Origin: Rebecca billardiae RCC1528
Lineage: Eukaryota; Protista; Haptophyta
Length of the DNA stretch: 64,000 nucleotides
Reading direction: 5' to 3'
Assembly: GCA_965240325.2 (NCBI GenBank)
Contig: OZ251249.1
Coordinates: 682,001-746,000 of the forward strand
In this document: positions 33,801 to 45,362 of the stretch, piece after piece
How positions within the stretch are numbered: the stretch's first letter is position 1
Layout: each line of letters begins with the position of its first letter
Program-made: the position numbers and the translations under genes
The notes under the pieces: generated by a model
Databases searched by the model: none
What the model was told of the DNA's origin: nothing
The model's input: the letters and a program-made list of their open reading frames with translations, nothing else

Positions 33801-35290
33801 CACGCCCTCGGCCGCGCGCCCGCGCGGCGCGCGGGGCGGAGGGACGACGCGTTCTCTCGATCCATCCCACTCCCCATGGCATGCCTGCCCAGGGGCCGCG
33901 CGCTGTCCAACCCGTGTGCGTTGCGTTGCCACGCGCGCCGTGTGCCACGCACCTCCTGGTGCGCCTGCTCCTCCTTGAAGGCGCGCAGCAGATCCAGCAG
34001 CTCCCGCTTGGGCGCGAGAGACCCCTCCTTCTTCGCGCCCTGCGCCGCCGTGTGCGCCTGCGCCGCCCGGCGCTGCGCGTGCGCGTCCGCCACGCCGCGC
34101 GGCAGCTTGCGCTTGCGGCCTGCGTGCCGCGCGAGCGGGCGCGCCGCGCGGCGCCGCGGAGGGCGCGGCGGCGGGGTGGGTGCGGCGAGGGGTGGCGCGG
34201 GTTTGGATCGGGTGTGCCAGTCCGCGGGCGGCGGCGGCGCGCGCACGCGCGAGAGCGCGCGCCGCCGAAGCGCGAGCCACGCCGCGCGGCGGCGGCACGC
34301 GCGCACCCGTGTCCGCCTGCGCGACGCGCGCGCGGTGGCGCGCCGACACGCGCCAGAGGCCCTCCTCCCGCCCCTGCCGCGACCGCGCGCGGTGCGTGTG
34401 CGTGCGTGCGTGCGTGTGAGTGGGTGCGTCCGTGTGGCGGAGGGTGCGCGCGCGCGGCACGCGCGGCTGAGAGGCACGGCGGGCTCGGCCGCGCGCGAGG
34501 CCGCGCGCGCTGGCGCCGGGGCACGGCAGTGCCACCGGGCTGCACACAGCGAGCGCCGCGCAACGCCCGCCGCGCCCGCCGCGCCGCGCGCAACGCGCGC
34601 GCCGCGCCGGCCGCGCGCCGCGCGCGGCCGCCGCCCTCTCACCTGCTTGAGCGCGTGCTCAGCGCCGTGCTTGATCCGGCCCTCGACGAGCGCCATCTCC
34701 TCGTTGAGCTTCGCCTTGAGCTGCTCCTCGCGCGAGCGGCCCAGCTCGCCCACCCTGCCCACCGCAGTATCCTCCGAGCCGGGCGGCGCCGGAGGGATCG
34801 CGGTGCGGGCGAACCGAATCCACCCGTCCCGGTGTTCAAGTGACAGGAGGGCCGGGTCGAGCTCTCGCGCGCGCGCGAGGTTGAGCGCCTGCTCGGTGGC
34901 CTCGGCGACGCGCCCCGAGCGCAGCTGCCCACCCGCGCCGCTCGACGCGTCGCTCCCCAGCTCGGCGAGGTTCAGGCCGACGTCAGCCGAGCCGCCGATC
35001 AGAACGCTCGGCTGATCGGCCGCGCGCGAGCCGGGCGCGCGCGCGTACGAGCTGGCGGCGGCGGCAGCCTGGAGCGCGGCCTTCTGCGCGGCGGTGCGCG
35101 AGCCCTCGCCCTCGCGCCGCCCGTCCTTGCCCTCCTTCCCGCCGCCGACCGCGCCGGCGCCGCCGCCCTTGTCGGGTGCCGCCTTGGGCTTGCGGCCGCC
35201 GCTGCTCGGCCGCGGCTTGCGCTCGCCCGCGTTGATCGTCTCGTGCGCCTTGCGCAGGTTGTCGTCGGCGTCCTTCAGCGCGCCGGGCAT
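18821..35290 (-). CDS. Giant 30-exon multidomain protein (~3,368 aa): helical N-terminus, C2, beta-barrel, OmpA-like, C2, coiled coil, PLAT x2, FN3, L-type (legume) lectin
   Basis: Exons: 34643-35290, 34307-34373, 33953-34119, 32513-33496, 31880-32312, 31289-31714, 30623-31088, 29607-30186, 28887-29363, 28311-28712, 27301-28061, 26909-27118, 26570-26708, 26045-26404, 25382-25861, 24675-25067, 24098-24433, 22766-23887, 22528-22637, 22115-22227, 21884-21981, 21431-21535, 21139-21314, 20849-20980, 20507-20714, 20122-20343, 19765-19899, 19533-19595, 19134-19274, 18821-18973. All 29 junctions are phase-compatible (27 GT-AG, 2 GC-AG) and the total is 10,107 nt. Motifs: lectin LRLTP..QAGAAW, GADGFAFVL, GFTASTG; PLAT YRIAVATGD..FERGTVETF..WFLD; FN3 GLELGRRYQFRLAGRNLAGRG. 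Confidence 0.85.
21548..21622. repeat. Degenerate telomere-like (TTAGGG/GTAGGG)n tract in an intron
   Basis: GGTTAGGGAGGGTGAGTAGGGTGTAGGGTTAGGGTAG... inside intron 21536-21883. Confidence 0.85.
28234..28287. repeat. Degenerate telomere-like (CCCTAA)n tract in an intron
   Basis: CCCCAACCCTAACCCCAACCCTACCACCCTAACCCTACCCTAACCCT inside intron 28062-28310. Confidence 0.88.
30199..30333. repeat. (GCACA/GCGCA)n pentanucleotide tandem repeat in intron 30187-30622
   Basis: Read directly. Confidence 0.93.
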
Positions 35291-35750
35291 CGTGCGAGCC
35301 GCGTCGGCGCGCGCGCACGCGCGCTGGGGGCGCTGGCGAGAGCTCGGGACGCCAACGCGAGCGCGAAGCAGCCGCAGCCGCCACCGCTCAAATGCGCACA
35401 CCGGCCTGCGCTCGGCTGCTGCCGCCCGGTGCTGCCACTGCGCACCGCCCCCGCCCGGGCGAGTGTGCGGCGGCCACCGCATTTTTTTCCGGCGCGTCAG
35501 CTTTCAGCTTTGATGCTGCTCGCGAATTTCGATCACCCCGGACCGCCGCCGCTAACTTGAAACTAACTAACGGCCAGCCACGATCTAAGCATGGCGGCTC
35601 GCACGTGCCACATGGGCAACACGCCTCACGCTCGTGTCGAACGCGCGCTCGCCTCCATGCACGCATACAGCAAGAACGCCGCCCAGCCCGCGGAATCAAT
35701 AAGAATAACCCTCGCCGTCCGGACCGCCGCGCGATCTGAATCATATCGCG

Positions 35751-38700
35751 TCACATCATCTGCGACGCATCCTTGTCGTCCTTCACCTTGAGGTGCTCCG
35801 CGCGCACGTCGCAGCCCCACACGACGGCGGCGCCGAGCACGGCGGCGCCGAGCGCGCAGCCCAGCGCGATCCACCACGCGCCCCCGCTCGCGTCGACGAG
35901 CACGCCCAGGGCGCACGCGCCGCTCACCCCGACACACAGCAGCGAGTGACCCACGTGCCGCGCTCGGCTGCAGCCGGGGAACCAGCCCTGGCCACCGGGG
36001 GAGCGGGCCCCTAGTGTGCCCACGTACGCCAGGTGCGCGAGGGCTGGGAGGCCCGTCGTCGCGTCGCGGTCGTACCACGGGCAGCCGTCGTGGCACAGCG
36101 GCAGCAGCAGCACGCACACGGCGACGACGACCAGCAGCCAACCGACCGCGCTCTGCGCGGGGCAAAGCGCGCGGCGCGGGCGGTGCGCGGCGCGGTGCGC
36201 GGCGCGGCGCGGCGCGCGGGCAGCGCGCGGCGCGCGGCCGAGGATGGCGCACGGGGGCGGGGCGGCACGGCGCGCGGCTCAGCGGCAGGGCGGTCAATGG
36301 GGACACGGGGGGCACGCTCGTGGTGGCGCCGGCACCGGCGGCGGCGCACGGCGCGCGCGAGCTTGAGCGCGCGCGCGCGCGCGCGCCGGCCGCGCGCGCG
36401 GGCGGCGCGCACCCCTGTGGTCTGGTGCTGTCTCGTGTAGACCGCAGCGGCGCCGATGCCGGCGGCGAGCACGCCGAGCGTCGCCGCCGCGCCGCACACC
36501 ACGCACGCCATGTACGACGCGCGGAAGTGCACCCGCCTGTGCAGGTGCGTCGGCGAGCCGATGAACGCGCACCGGAAGCGGCAGAGATTCGTCACCGTGA
36601 GTGCGGCGACGAACGCGCACCCGAGGGCCCACAGGCAAACGCCGAGCCGAAACCGCCCAAGCATCGCGGCGTCCGCCGGCACGCCGAGCGCCGCGAGCAC
36701 GAACGGCGGCGCGGACGCGAGCCGGCGCGACGCGGGGGGCTCGCCCGCCATCGGCGCGTACGTGCTCACGGCCAGTGACGAGACGACGAGCGTGAGCGGG
36801 AAGGGAGTCCGGGAGTCCACACTGAACGTCGGGGGCTCCAGCAGGACTCTGCGCCCCAGCATGGCCGCCAGCAGGGGGTTACGGGGTAGGGTTGGGGTGT
36901 AGGGTTAGGGGGTAGGGGGCGCGGGGCGGGAGCCCGAGCCGGCGGGCGGCGGGCACCGACGCTGCGCGCGCCGGCACGGCGGCACGCTGCCCACCCGCCA
37001 CACGCAAAGCCGACAGCGCATGCGCGCGCGCGCGCGAACCGCGAACGCGCGCGCGCGCGCGCATGCGCACGCGCACGCGCACCGGTCAAGAGCGACGTCA
37101 GTCTGCGCCGCCTCGCCCGTGTCGCCAGATGCGCTGGTGCGCGTCGCTGCGCGCGCGCACGCGAGCACGGAGCCGTGGCACGCGGGCACGGGGGAGGCGC
37201 GCGACGGCGTGAGCGCGAGAGCACGGCGCGCAGGCGTGCACCCTGAGCGCCCCGCGCCGCGCCCCGCCGCGCCCCGCCGCGCCGCGCCGCGCCGCGCCGC
37301 GCCGCGCCGCGCCGCGCGCACTGCCGTGGGAGCGGTAGTCGCGCCGGTGCGTGTGGCTCAGCAGCAGCCACGTCGCCGCGAACGCCGGCGCGCGGTACCC
37401 GTACGGGTAGCCCACCGCCGACCGCTGGAAGTGCGACGCCGGCGCCAGGAACGAACCGGACGGCCCATCGCGCACGCCGCGGCCGGCGGCATATGCGCCC
37501 GAGCCGCGGACGTAGTGCGCACTGCTCGGGTCGTGCCAGTACGCGTGGCCGGAGGCCCCCGCGTGGCCGCCGGCGGAGCCGCCGCGCGAGGTGTGCGTGC
37601 TGCTGCCGTGCGAGCCCGAGAAGCGGCCGCCGCTGCTGCTGCCGCCGCTGAAGCCTCCTTTGAGCAGCAAGCGCGCAGTGGGCGGCGCGCGCTGCTGCTG
37701 CTGCTGCTGCGGCGGCTGCTGCTGCGGCTGCCGCTGCGGCTGCTGCTGCGGCTGCTGTGGCTGTGGCTGCGAGCTCGCTCGCGCCGCCGCGCCTACGGGG
37801 GCATCGGCGCGGTGCGCCGCCGCCGCCGGCAGCAGCTGCCGCCGCTGCCGCCGCCGCGTGACCGCGGCGCCAGCGTCCAGCGCCGAGATTGCCGAGATGG
37901 TTCGCGGCACGAGGGTGCCGCCCTCCGCGTCCGTAAGCGACCGGTCGAGCGTGACGCCCGCGCCGGTGCTCACGTACAGGACGAGCGCGTACGGCCGGCC
38001 CGGGCGCAGCTGCGCGTCCGCCGCGTGGATGACCACCGTCTGCGCCGCGCCCGTCGCGTCCGCCGCGGGGCAGAGCGTGCCCGGACCATCGAAGCGCCCG
38101 GCCCACTCGTGGCAGAAGCACTCGGCGCCACCGCCGCCGCCAGCGTCGACAGCGCCACCGTCCGCGGCGGCGGCGGCGGCGCCGCTGCCGCTCGCCGTGC
38201 CGTTCACGCCCGCGCCCGTCGCATTCGCGCACTCGCGGTGCGCGCAGCAGCTCGCCAGCTCCCACATCGCCCCGGACTCTGCGGGGCGGTTCGCCTCCTG
38301 CACGGTCTTGCCCACGCCGATGAGGACGAGGGCGACCAACAGGACGAGCAGGGAGCACGGGAAGGAGCGCGCCGCCCACGCGAGGTCCGCGCACGGCCCG
38401 TGCGCCGGTGCGCGCGCCGGCCTCTCCGCCGCCGCGCCGCGCTCCGCCCACGAGCGCATGTCCTCCGAGGGCGTGGGCGAGCGCACGCGCGCGCCGACCG
38501 AGCCCGCGGCGGCGGCGTACGGCGGCGGGGGCGGCTCGGGAGTCGAAGGGTGGTTGGCGTGCTCGACGTGCTCGAGCGCAATGTCCAGAGTCGTGCGCCG
38601 CTCGCCCGGGCCGGGAGGCGACGCCTGCCACGAGGGGCGCCGCATCGCCTCGGCCGCCTCGGCGTCGGCACGCAAGGATTGCTCATCAGCCGACGGGCGC

Positions 38701-38861
38701 CATGTGCCGACATGGCTGCCGTCGACCGGATTGTCGTACGAGCCTATGCTCGCGCGCTCGCCGGCGCGATCGACGTCGCCATGGCCCTCGCCGCGCGCGA
38801 GGTACGCCTGGAGGCGCTGCCGATGTGGACTGGCGTCCGCGCCGGCGGGGGCTCCCGTCAT
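35751..38861 (-). CDS. Multi-pass membrane protein of unknown function; 4 exons (37322-38861, 37083-37146, 36413-36848, 35751-36152); ~813 aa
   Basis: Phase-compatible GT-AG junctions. One N-terminal TM, a Gly/Ser-rich LKGGFSGG segment, polyQ/P and about five C-terminal hydrophobic helices. Confidence 0.72.
36875..36920. repeat. Degenerate telomere-like tract in intron 36849-37082
   Basis: GGGGTTACGGGGTAGGGTTGGGGTGTAGGGTTAGGGGGTAGGGGG. Confidence 0.8.
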
Positions 38862-39019
38862 CGCAGTCGATGGTCGTCGGGCTTTTCGCGGCCCCCGCGA
38901 TCGGGGCGGTGCCGCTCAGGCGATCCAGACCTGATCTCCAGATCGTACAAATATTGACACTGCGCCAGAAGGGGGGGGGGTTGCTCAGCCGGGCAGCCGG
39001 GCAGCACCTTCACTTCAAT

Positions 39020-40669
39020 CAAGGCTTCCATCAACCGGGTTCTGCTGGTTGATCAGGACACCTGCGGGGGCGCCGCCGCGGGGATCAGGAACGGGCAGGA
39101 GCTTCCGAACTTGAGCCCGCATTCGGCATTTCCCTGCACAAGGGAGGCCTCCCTTGCCCTGCAGCGAAGTGCCCTATCTCGGCGTGGCTGGCACGCTCGG
39201 CACGCGCTCCTGAGCGCTCGCTTCGCGGTGCGGCAGGCCCTCGGCAGCCCAGACAGACATGCCGCGACCGCATTACCGGGCCATGCGCGCACCACATCCG
39301 CGCTACGTGGCATGCGCGCTGCTGGACGACTGAGTATGCCGCTGCTCCCCCGCATGCACCCCGAGTCACCTTCAGAGAATCAGAGGGCGTCGGCAAGCGC
39401 AGAGCGGGTGCGCGGGAGCTCGACGAACGCGTGTACCTTCGCGTAAGCACCAGTGGCCAGGTCGCAAGCCGAACCATGACCAGCCGTGGAACTTGAGCTG
39501 GTCGGCAGCAAAACCACCGCTCGTTAGCAGCGTGCGAGGAGGAGGCGCGGTGCGCGTCCGCGCCTGGCGAGAGGCGTCCGGACCGTGACGTTCTCGGCCG
39601 CGCCCGCGCGCTTCTCGCCGCCGCGGGCCCCGTGTACGCCCGTTGTCGCCCTCGCCGCGCGGGCGCCAAACGGGCGGTAGTTCCAACGAGCTCTCCATAG
39701 TCTGAAGGTAGCTGTGGCAAGGCCGGCATTGGGCCACCCGGGATCGACGCAACTGGGGCGGCAGCACGCATAGTCGACCATGCCCACGTGGCTGGTGGCG
39801 GGCGATGCGCGGCGCTGAGGTGGATCGGAGACGCGGCGGTGGCCGAGCTCTCTGATCCACCTCAGCGGCCACATGACTCATGCGAGCGTGGCTTACGGGA
39901 CTACAGTACGCGGCAGCGGTTGCCAATCGTGCCGGCCTGCTGGCTCAGCGACACGGCTCTACAGGGTTGGCCACGTGGACGGGACAGTACAGCTTGCTCG
40001 GTAGTGCCCGCATGCGTCGGGCGTGCGCACGGCGGGGGCGGGGGCGCCATGAAGGCAGACACGTGTGCACTTCGCTCACTTTGCTCGGCCGCCGGCGCTC
40101 AGCTGCGGGGCAGCGCGCGTGCCGCGCGCCCTACCACGCCGTCGAATCGCACCTCCAGCACTCCCCAGATCCCATCACGCGCACATCGAGCCACCTGCCG
40201 AGGCTGGCAACGCGCGCTGTTCTTGCAGCCGGTGCGGCTTGCTCGGCGATTCCCTCGCGTATTAAATCTGAGTAAATCTCCGCCAGGGGTATGAATAATC
40301 TATTTTTGGCGGGCAAGCGTCTGGGACTGCTCATAGGCTCATCAAGCCTGAAGCCTGACGGGATTTGTATCTGATCTAGATATCAGCGGGCGTGGCTCTC
40401 AAATACCATCTCGCAGGACGAGGCCTCAATCTCAACAAGATAAAGGGGCGTAGATCGTATTCGCAATATGAAAATGGCTCGATCTGTGATTACTGTGAAA
40501 CGACTTCTTTGATGAAGCACCCCAAACAAAATAATGAAACAAACTGGCCCGATTACTGGGAGCCTTGACGAAGTTGGGACTTCTCGTTTGTTGTATGTGT
40601 CGTTTCAATATCTACATGTAGTCATCAAGTCGAGCGCAGGGCGGGTTTAATAATCTGATGAAATCCCTG
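39020..40669. mobile_element. Candidate ancient TIR element (~1.65 kb) with a decayed coding fragment
   Basis: Imperfect IRs CAAGGCTTCCATCA versus reverse-complemented CAGGGATTTCATCA. Flanks CTTCAAT / GTGCAAT match at 5 of 7 bases. The interior is lower in GC with a stop-interrupted minus-strand frame. Confidence 0.4.
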
Positions 40670-40683
40670 GTGCAATCTCGGGT

Positions 40684-43600
40684 ATGGGATCAGTTCTTGT
40701 GGCTCGGGCTTGCCCCAGCGCGACGTCTTCGTGGAGCCACTGGGCGACCCACCCGCCGGAGGGGGGTACGACAGCGCGCGAGCCCGCCGCAGCGGAGGCG
40801 GCGCGCGCGTCGGCAATGCGCCTACCTTGGCCTGCTGGCGACCGACGCCGGCACGCCCAGCACATCGTGCCAGCAGACGCCAATCTTGAGGATCCCGAGT
40901 GCGCCGAGCCGGCGGCCGCGCCCGCGCCCGCGCCCGCCGCCGCCGCTGCCTCCGCCGACGCCGACGGCGGCCGCGCCGGCCGCGCGGCGCGGCGCTGCGG
41001 CGCGCTGTGCCGCGGCATCGAGCCGCGCATCGTCCTCGTCCTCGCCATGCTCGCCACCGTCGTCGGCCTCGCCGCGTGGCGCTTTGAGCTCGACGAGAGA
41101 GACTCGAACGAGGTGTTCGTGGCGCACCTGGACGGCTGGGCGACGCACGTGGCCGAGCTGCTGGAGCACCGCGTGCGCGTGGCGGTGGGCAGCACCTACT
41201 CCCTCGGCGCGGTCGTGCGCGCCTTCCCCAACCTCACGCACGCCCACTTTGACACCGTCGCCACCGACCTTCTTCCAGGTTCCACCGGCGTGTTCCAGCT
41301 CCAGCTCGCGCCCGGCGGGATCGTGGCGATGCTGCACCCGATGCGCGACGAGGACGCGCCCGCGGTGGGGCTCTCGCTGCTCGTCTCCCCCGCGATGCGC
41401 GCCGGCGCGCTCGCGGCGATCGACAACTACCCCGACCGCCGCGCCACGCTCGCCGGGCCGCTGCGGCTGCTGCAAGGCGGCGTGGCAGTGATCGCGCGCC
41501 ACCCGATTTTCAGCGCGGACGCGCCGATGTACGCGACGCTGGCGCCGTGGGTGCACCCGCTGACGGGCGAGAACCACACGGTGGACTGCGCCGGCGCGGA
41601 CGCGCGCGAGCGCAACTGCCACTTCCCCGGGCCCGACGCGGACGACGGCTCGCCCACCTACTTTTGGGGTTTCGCCACGGCGCTCACCGACCCGGCGAAG
41701 CTCACGCACGGGCTGTCGATCGAGGACTTCTCGGGGAGCGACGCGCGCTCGAGCCGGCTGACGAAGTACGAGTACCAGCTGCGCGCCGCCGAGCCGCACC
41801 CGAGCCTGGCGGAGGAGCGCGGCATCTTCGCGCACTCCGCCGGCGCGCCGCCAGACGTCGTGCTCGACGCGCCGCGCGAAACGAATATCTCCATCCCAGA
41901 GCTCGGGCTGGAGTGGGTGCTGGCCGTCGCGCCGTCGGACGGGTGGCACGCGGTGAGCGCGGGGTTCATCGTGCGCGTGGGGCTGCTCGGCGCGCTCGTG
42001 GTCGCGTGCTCGCTCGCGATGGCGCTCATCGGCACGTGGAGCATGCAGCAGGGCTACCGGCGGCGGATGGCCGCTGACGAGGCCGCGCGAAAGCTAGCCG
42101 ACGAGACTGCTGCCGCGGCCGCGCACGCGCGCGGTCGGCTTATTCGGATGGTGCGGCGCGGCGGGCGCGCGCGCGGGCGGGTGAGCGCGCGGGCGGGCGG
42201 GCAGGTGGGCGGCGGGGCGCCTGGGGGCGGCTGCGCGTGGCCCGTGGCGCTCGTGCGGCGGCCGCTGCGCCGCGCGCCTCGGCGCTCGGCGGCGCGCGCC
42301 CGTCGCCGCACGCTGGCCGGTGTCGTGTGCCGTGCGCGCCCGCGCCGCCCGCGTGCCGCCCGCCCAACCCGCCGGCGGCGGCGCGCCCTCCCCCGCGCGC
42401 TCGCGCGCCCCCTCGACCGCAGGTGATGCACGACCTGCGCTCGCCGCTGCTCGCGGTGCTCAACCTCTCGAAGACGCTCTCCGCCACGCCTGCGCACACG
42501 CCGGTCGGCAGCCTGGCCTCCGTCGTCGAGGCTGTCGGCACGTGCTGCAGCCTGATGGAGGGTATCTGTTCAGACATGCTCGACTATGAGAGAATGGACA
42601 GCGGCAAGCTGCAGCTTGTCTTCGCCCCCTTCTCGCCGCCGCAGCTCCTCGCCGCGGTCCGGGACACCTTCTCCGGACGCGCCGAGGCGAAGAGCGTCAC
42701 GCTCGATCTAGGCGCTCTCCCCGCCACCCTCGAGGGGCGCTGGTTCGAGGGCGACATGCAGCGCATCTTCCAGTGCCTCAACAACGGCGTGAGCAACGCG
42801 GTGCGGGCGGCGCGCGCGCGCGCGCGCGCGCGTACCGCGCGCGAGGGGCGCGTACCGCGCGCGAGGGTGCCCTGCGGCCGGCAGCCGCGCACGGCCGCGC
42901 GCGTGCCGCCCGCGCGCTGACCGTCTGTGCCGCGCGCCCCTGCACCATCCCGCCGCGCCGCGCCGCGCCGCGCCGCGCCGCGCCGCGCCGCGCGCTGCGC
43001 TGTGCCGCCCGCCGTCCGCAGATTAAGTTTACCGACGCTGGCGGCACGGTGCGTGTCTCGGTCGGGGAGGAAGCCGCTCCGTTGCAGCGGCGCGAGTCCG
43101 CACAGGAGGGCGGCGCGGGGCGCACACGCCGGCGCTCGCGCCAGGCGCGCGAGGCGCGCATGCTGAGGCTCGTCGGCGGCGGCGGCGCGGAATCTCGCAT
43201 GTCACACTTGAGCGCCCTGAGTGCCATCAGTGCGAGCACCGCCGGCGGCGGCAGCGGCGCGGCGAACGGCCGGGTGTCGCACGCGAGCGCCATGAGCGCG
43301 ACGAGTGTCGGCACCGCCGGCGGCGGCGGCGGCGCGGTGGGCAGCCGAGTGTCGCGCGCGAGCGTGATGAGCGCGACGAGTGTTGGCACCACCACCGGCG
43401 GCGGCGGCAGCAGCCTGCCGACCGCGCGGCCTCCCTCTGCGCTCGCGTGCCTTCTGGTGAGGGTCGAGGACAGCGGCGTGGGCCTCGAGCCCGACGAGCT
43501 CGCGGCGCTCGAGAAGGAGGAGATGTTCACGCAGGTGGGCAACGGCACGCTGCAGGGCAACGGCGGCTCCGGCCTCGGGCTCATGATCACACGGCAGCTG

Positions 43601-44915
43601 CTCGCGCTGCACAACGAATCGGAGCTGCGCATCCGCTCGGAGGGGCGCGGGCGCGGCTCGACGTTTGAGCTGCGGCTGCGCTGCGCGGAGTGCGCGGCGC
43701 CGCCGCCCGCGTCGCTGGCGGAGGTCACGGCCTGCTCGCCGCTGCGAGTCGGCAGCCGCGGCACGGCCGTCGTCGTGCCACTCAGCACGGGCGACACGGC
43801 GGACGGCGCGGCGAGCGGCGGCGAGTTTGGGCTCGGCGGCGGCGCCGTGTCGGACGGCGGCGCGCGCGTGTCGTGGGCTGGGTTCCGCTGCTTGCACGTC
43901 GAGGACGACCCCTTCATGCGCATGGTGCGCGCGCGCGCGCGCGCAGTGCCCGCCGCCCCGCGCGCGTGCTCTCGCCTGCCTCGCCTCGTGCCGCCATGCC
44001 GCGTGCGCGCGGCGCGGCGGCTGCGCGCGCGGCACTCACCGCCTGGCGCCGCCGCGCGCGCACCCGCGCGCTCGCCGCCGCGCCGCGCCGCCCCGCAGTC
44101 GCTGCCGCCGCAGCTCTTCGACACAATCAGCATGGAGTACGAGCAGGCGGCCGACGGGCGCGAGGCGTGCGCAAAGGTCGGGGCGGCGCTCGAGAACGGC
44201 GCGCCGTACGGCGCCATCGTGATTGACAACCAGGTGTGTGTGTGTGCGCGCGCGCGCGGCTCGCCCACAGCGCGCGCGCGCCGCGCGCCGGCGCGCGCGG
44301 CGGTCGGGTGTGCCCGCGGGAGCGGCCGGCGTGCGCGTCCCCGCGCCAACCGCGTGCACCGCGCGCGCCCCCCTCTCGGCCCGCGCGCGCGCCACCGCGC
44401 GCGCGCACCAGATGCCCGGCATGAGCGGCACGGCCGCGGTCGCCGAGATCCGGAGGATGGGCTTCAGCGGCACCATCATCGGCATGACGGGCGAGGCGGT
44501 CGGCTCGGCCGAGCGGGAGGAGTTCCTCGCGGCCGGGCTGGACCAGTGCTGCGACAAGGTGTCCGCCGGGGTGCAGGAGGTGCAGCAGGCGCTGCTCCGC
44601 GCCGCGCGCGCCTGGGTGGCCGCGCGGCACGCGGGCGATGTGGACGCGGCGGAGGAGGAGTCGCCGGGTCCGATCGGGGCCGCGCCGCGGCTGAGCAACA
44701 CCACGGCGTACACCCGCACGAGTGGCGCCACGGCGCTCTCCGAGGCGGCGTCGAGGTTCGCCACGCCCGGCGGGTCCGGCAGGCGCAACAAGCTGCCGGG
44801 GCTTCTCGGGGAGCCCGGCGACGGGCGCGGGCACCCGCACAGCGGTGACTTTGCGGCCAGGCTACCCGGCGCGTCGACCAGCAAGACGAAGCGCTTGCCG
44901 AGAGGCACCCAGTGA
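40684..44915 (+). CDS. CHASE-domain hybrid histidine kinase (TM-CHASE-TM-HisKA-HATPase-REC); exons 40684-42150, 42423-42800, 43022-43924, 44099-44233, 44412-44915; alternative ATG at 40816
   Basis: CHASE LAGPLRLLQGGVAVIARHPIF..FWGFA; H-box VMHDLRSPL; N-box NNGVSNA|IKFT; G1 VEDSGVGL; G2 GSGLGLMI; REC HVEDD..IDNQ|MPGMSG. Four GT-AG introns, all phase 0. Confidence 0.93.
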
Positions 44916-45362
44916 CGACGGCAGCCTCAGATCATTATATATATATATATATGAATCGTCAACTACCCCCATATACGTCGTAGATTAGTTTTTGTGCTTC
45001 TTCGGTTCGCCAACGGTTCGTTTGTTCATTTGTGGACGCCGCCAACAAGACACTCGCTGGTATCATACACTACAGCCGCATATACCCACTCAATATTCAT
45101 CGGTGCTGACGAAATGGCGGACCATGATATGTATGCATACGTATTCATAAACTAAATCATTGTGTGCTCATAACTATAGAAGACTTATGAGCAACCTTCC
45201 TAAGACTTTACCTTATTATACTTCGCTGAAATGACCTCAAAAATGAACTTAGACAGTCCTGGTAGCGACCCGACTCACCGCCGAAGCGGGTGACAACCCT
45301 CCCACCGCTGCCGAGGACGGCCCCCCACCACAACACAGACGCCCCCCGTCATTGCGTGCTTG

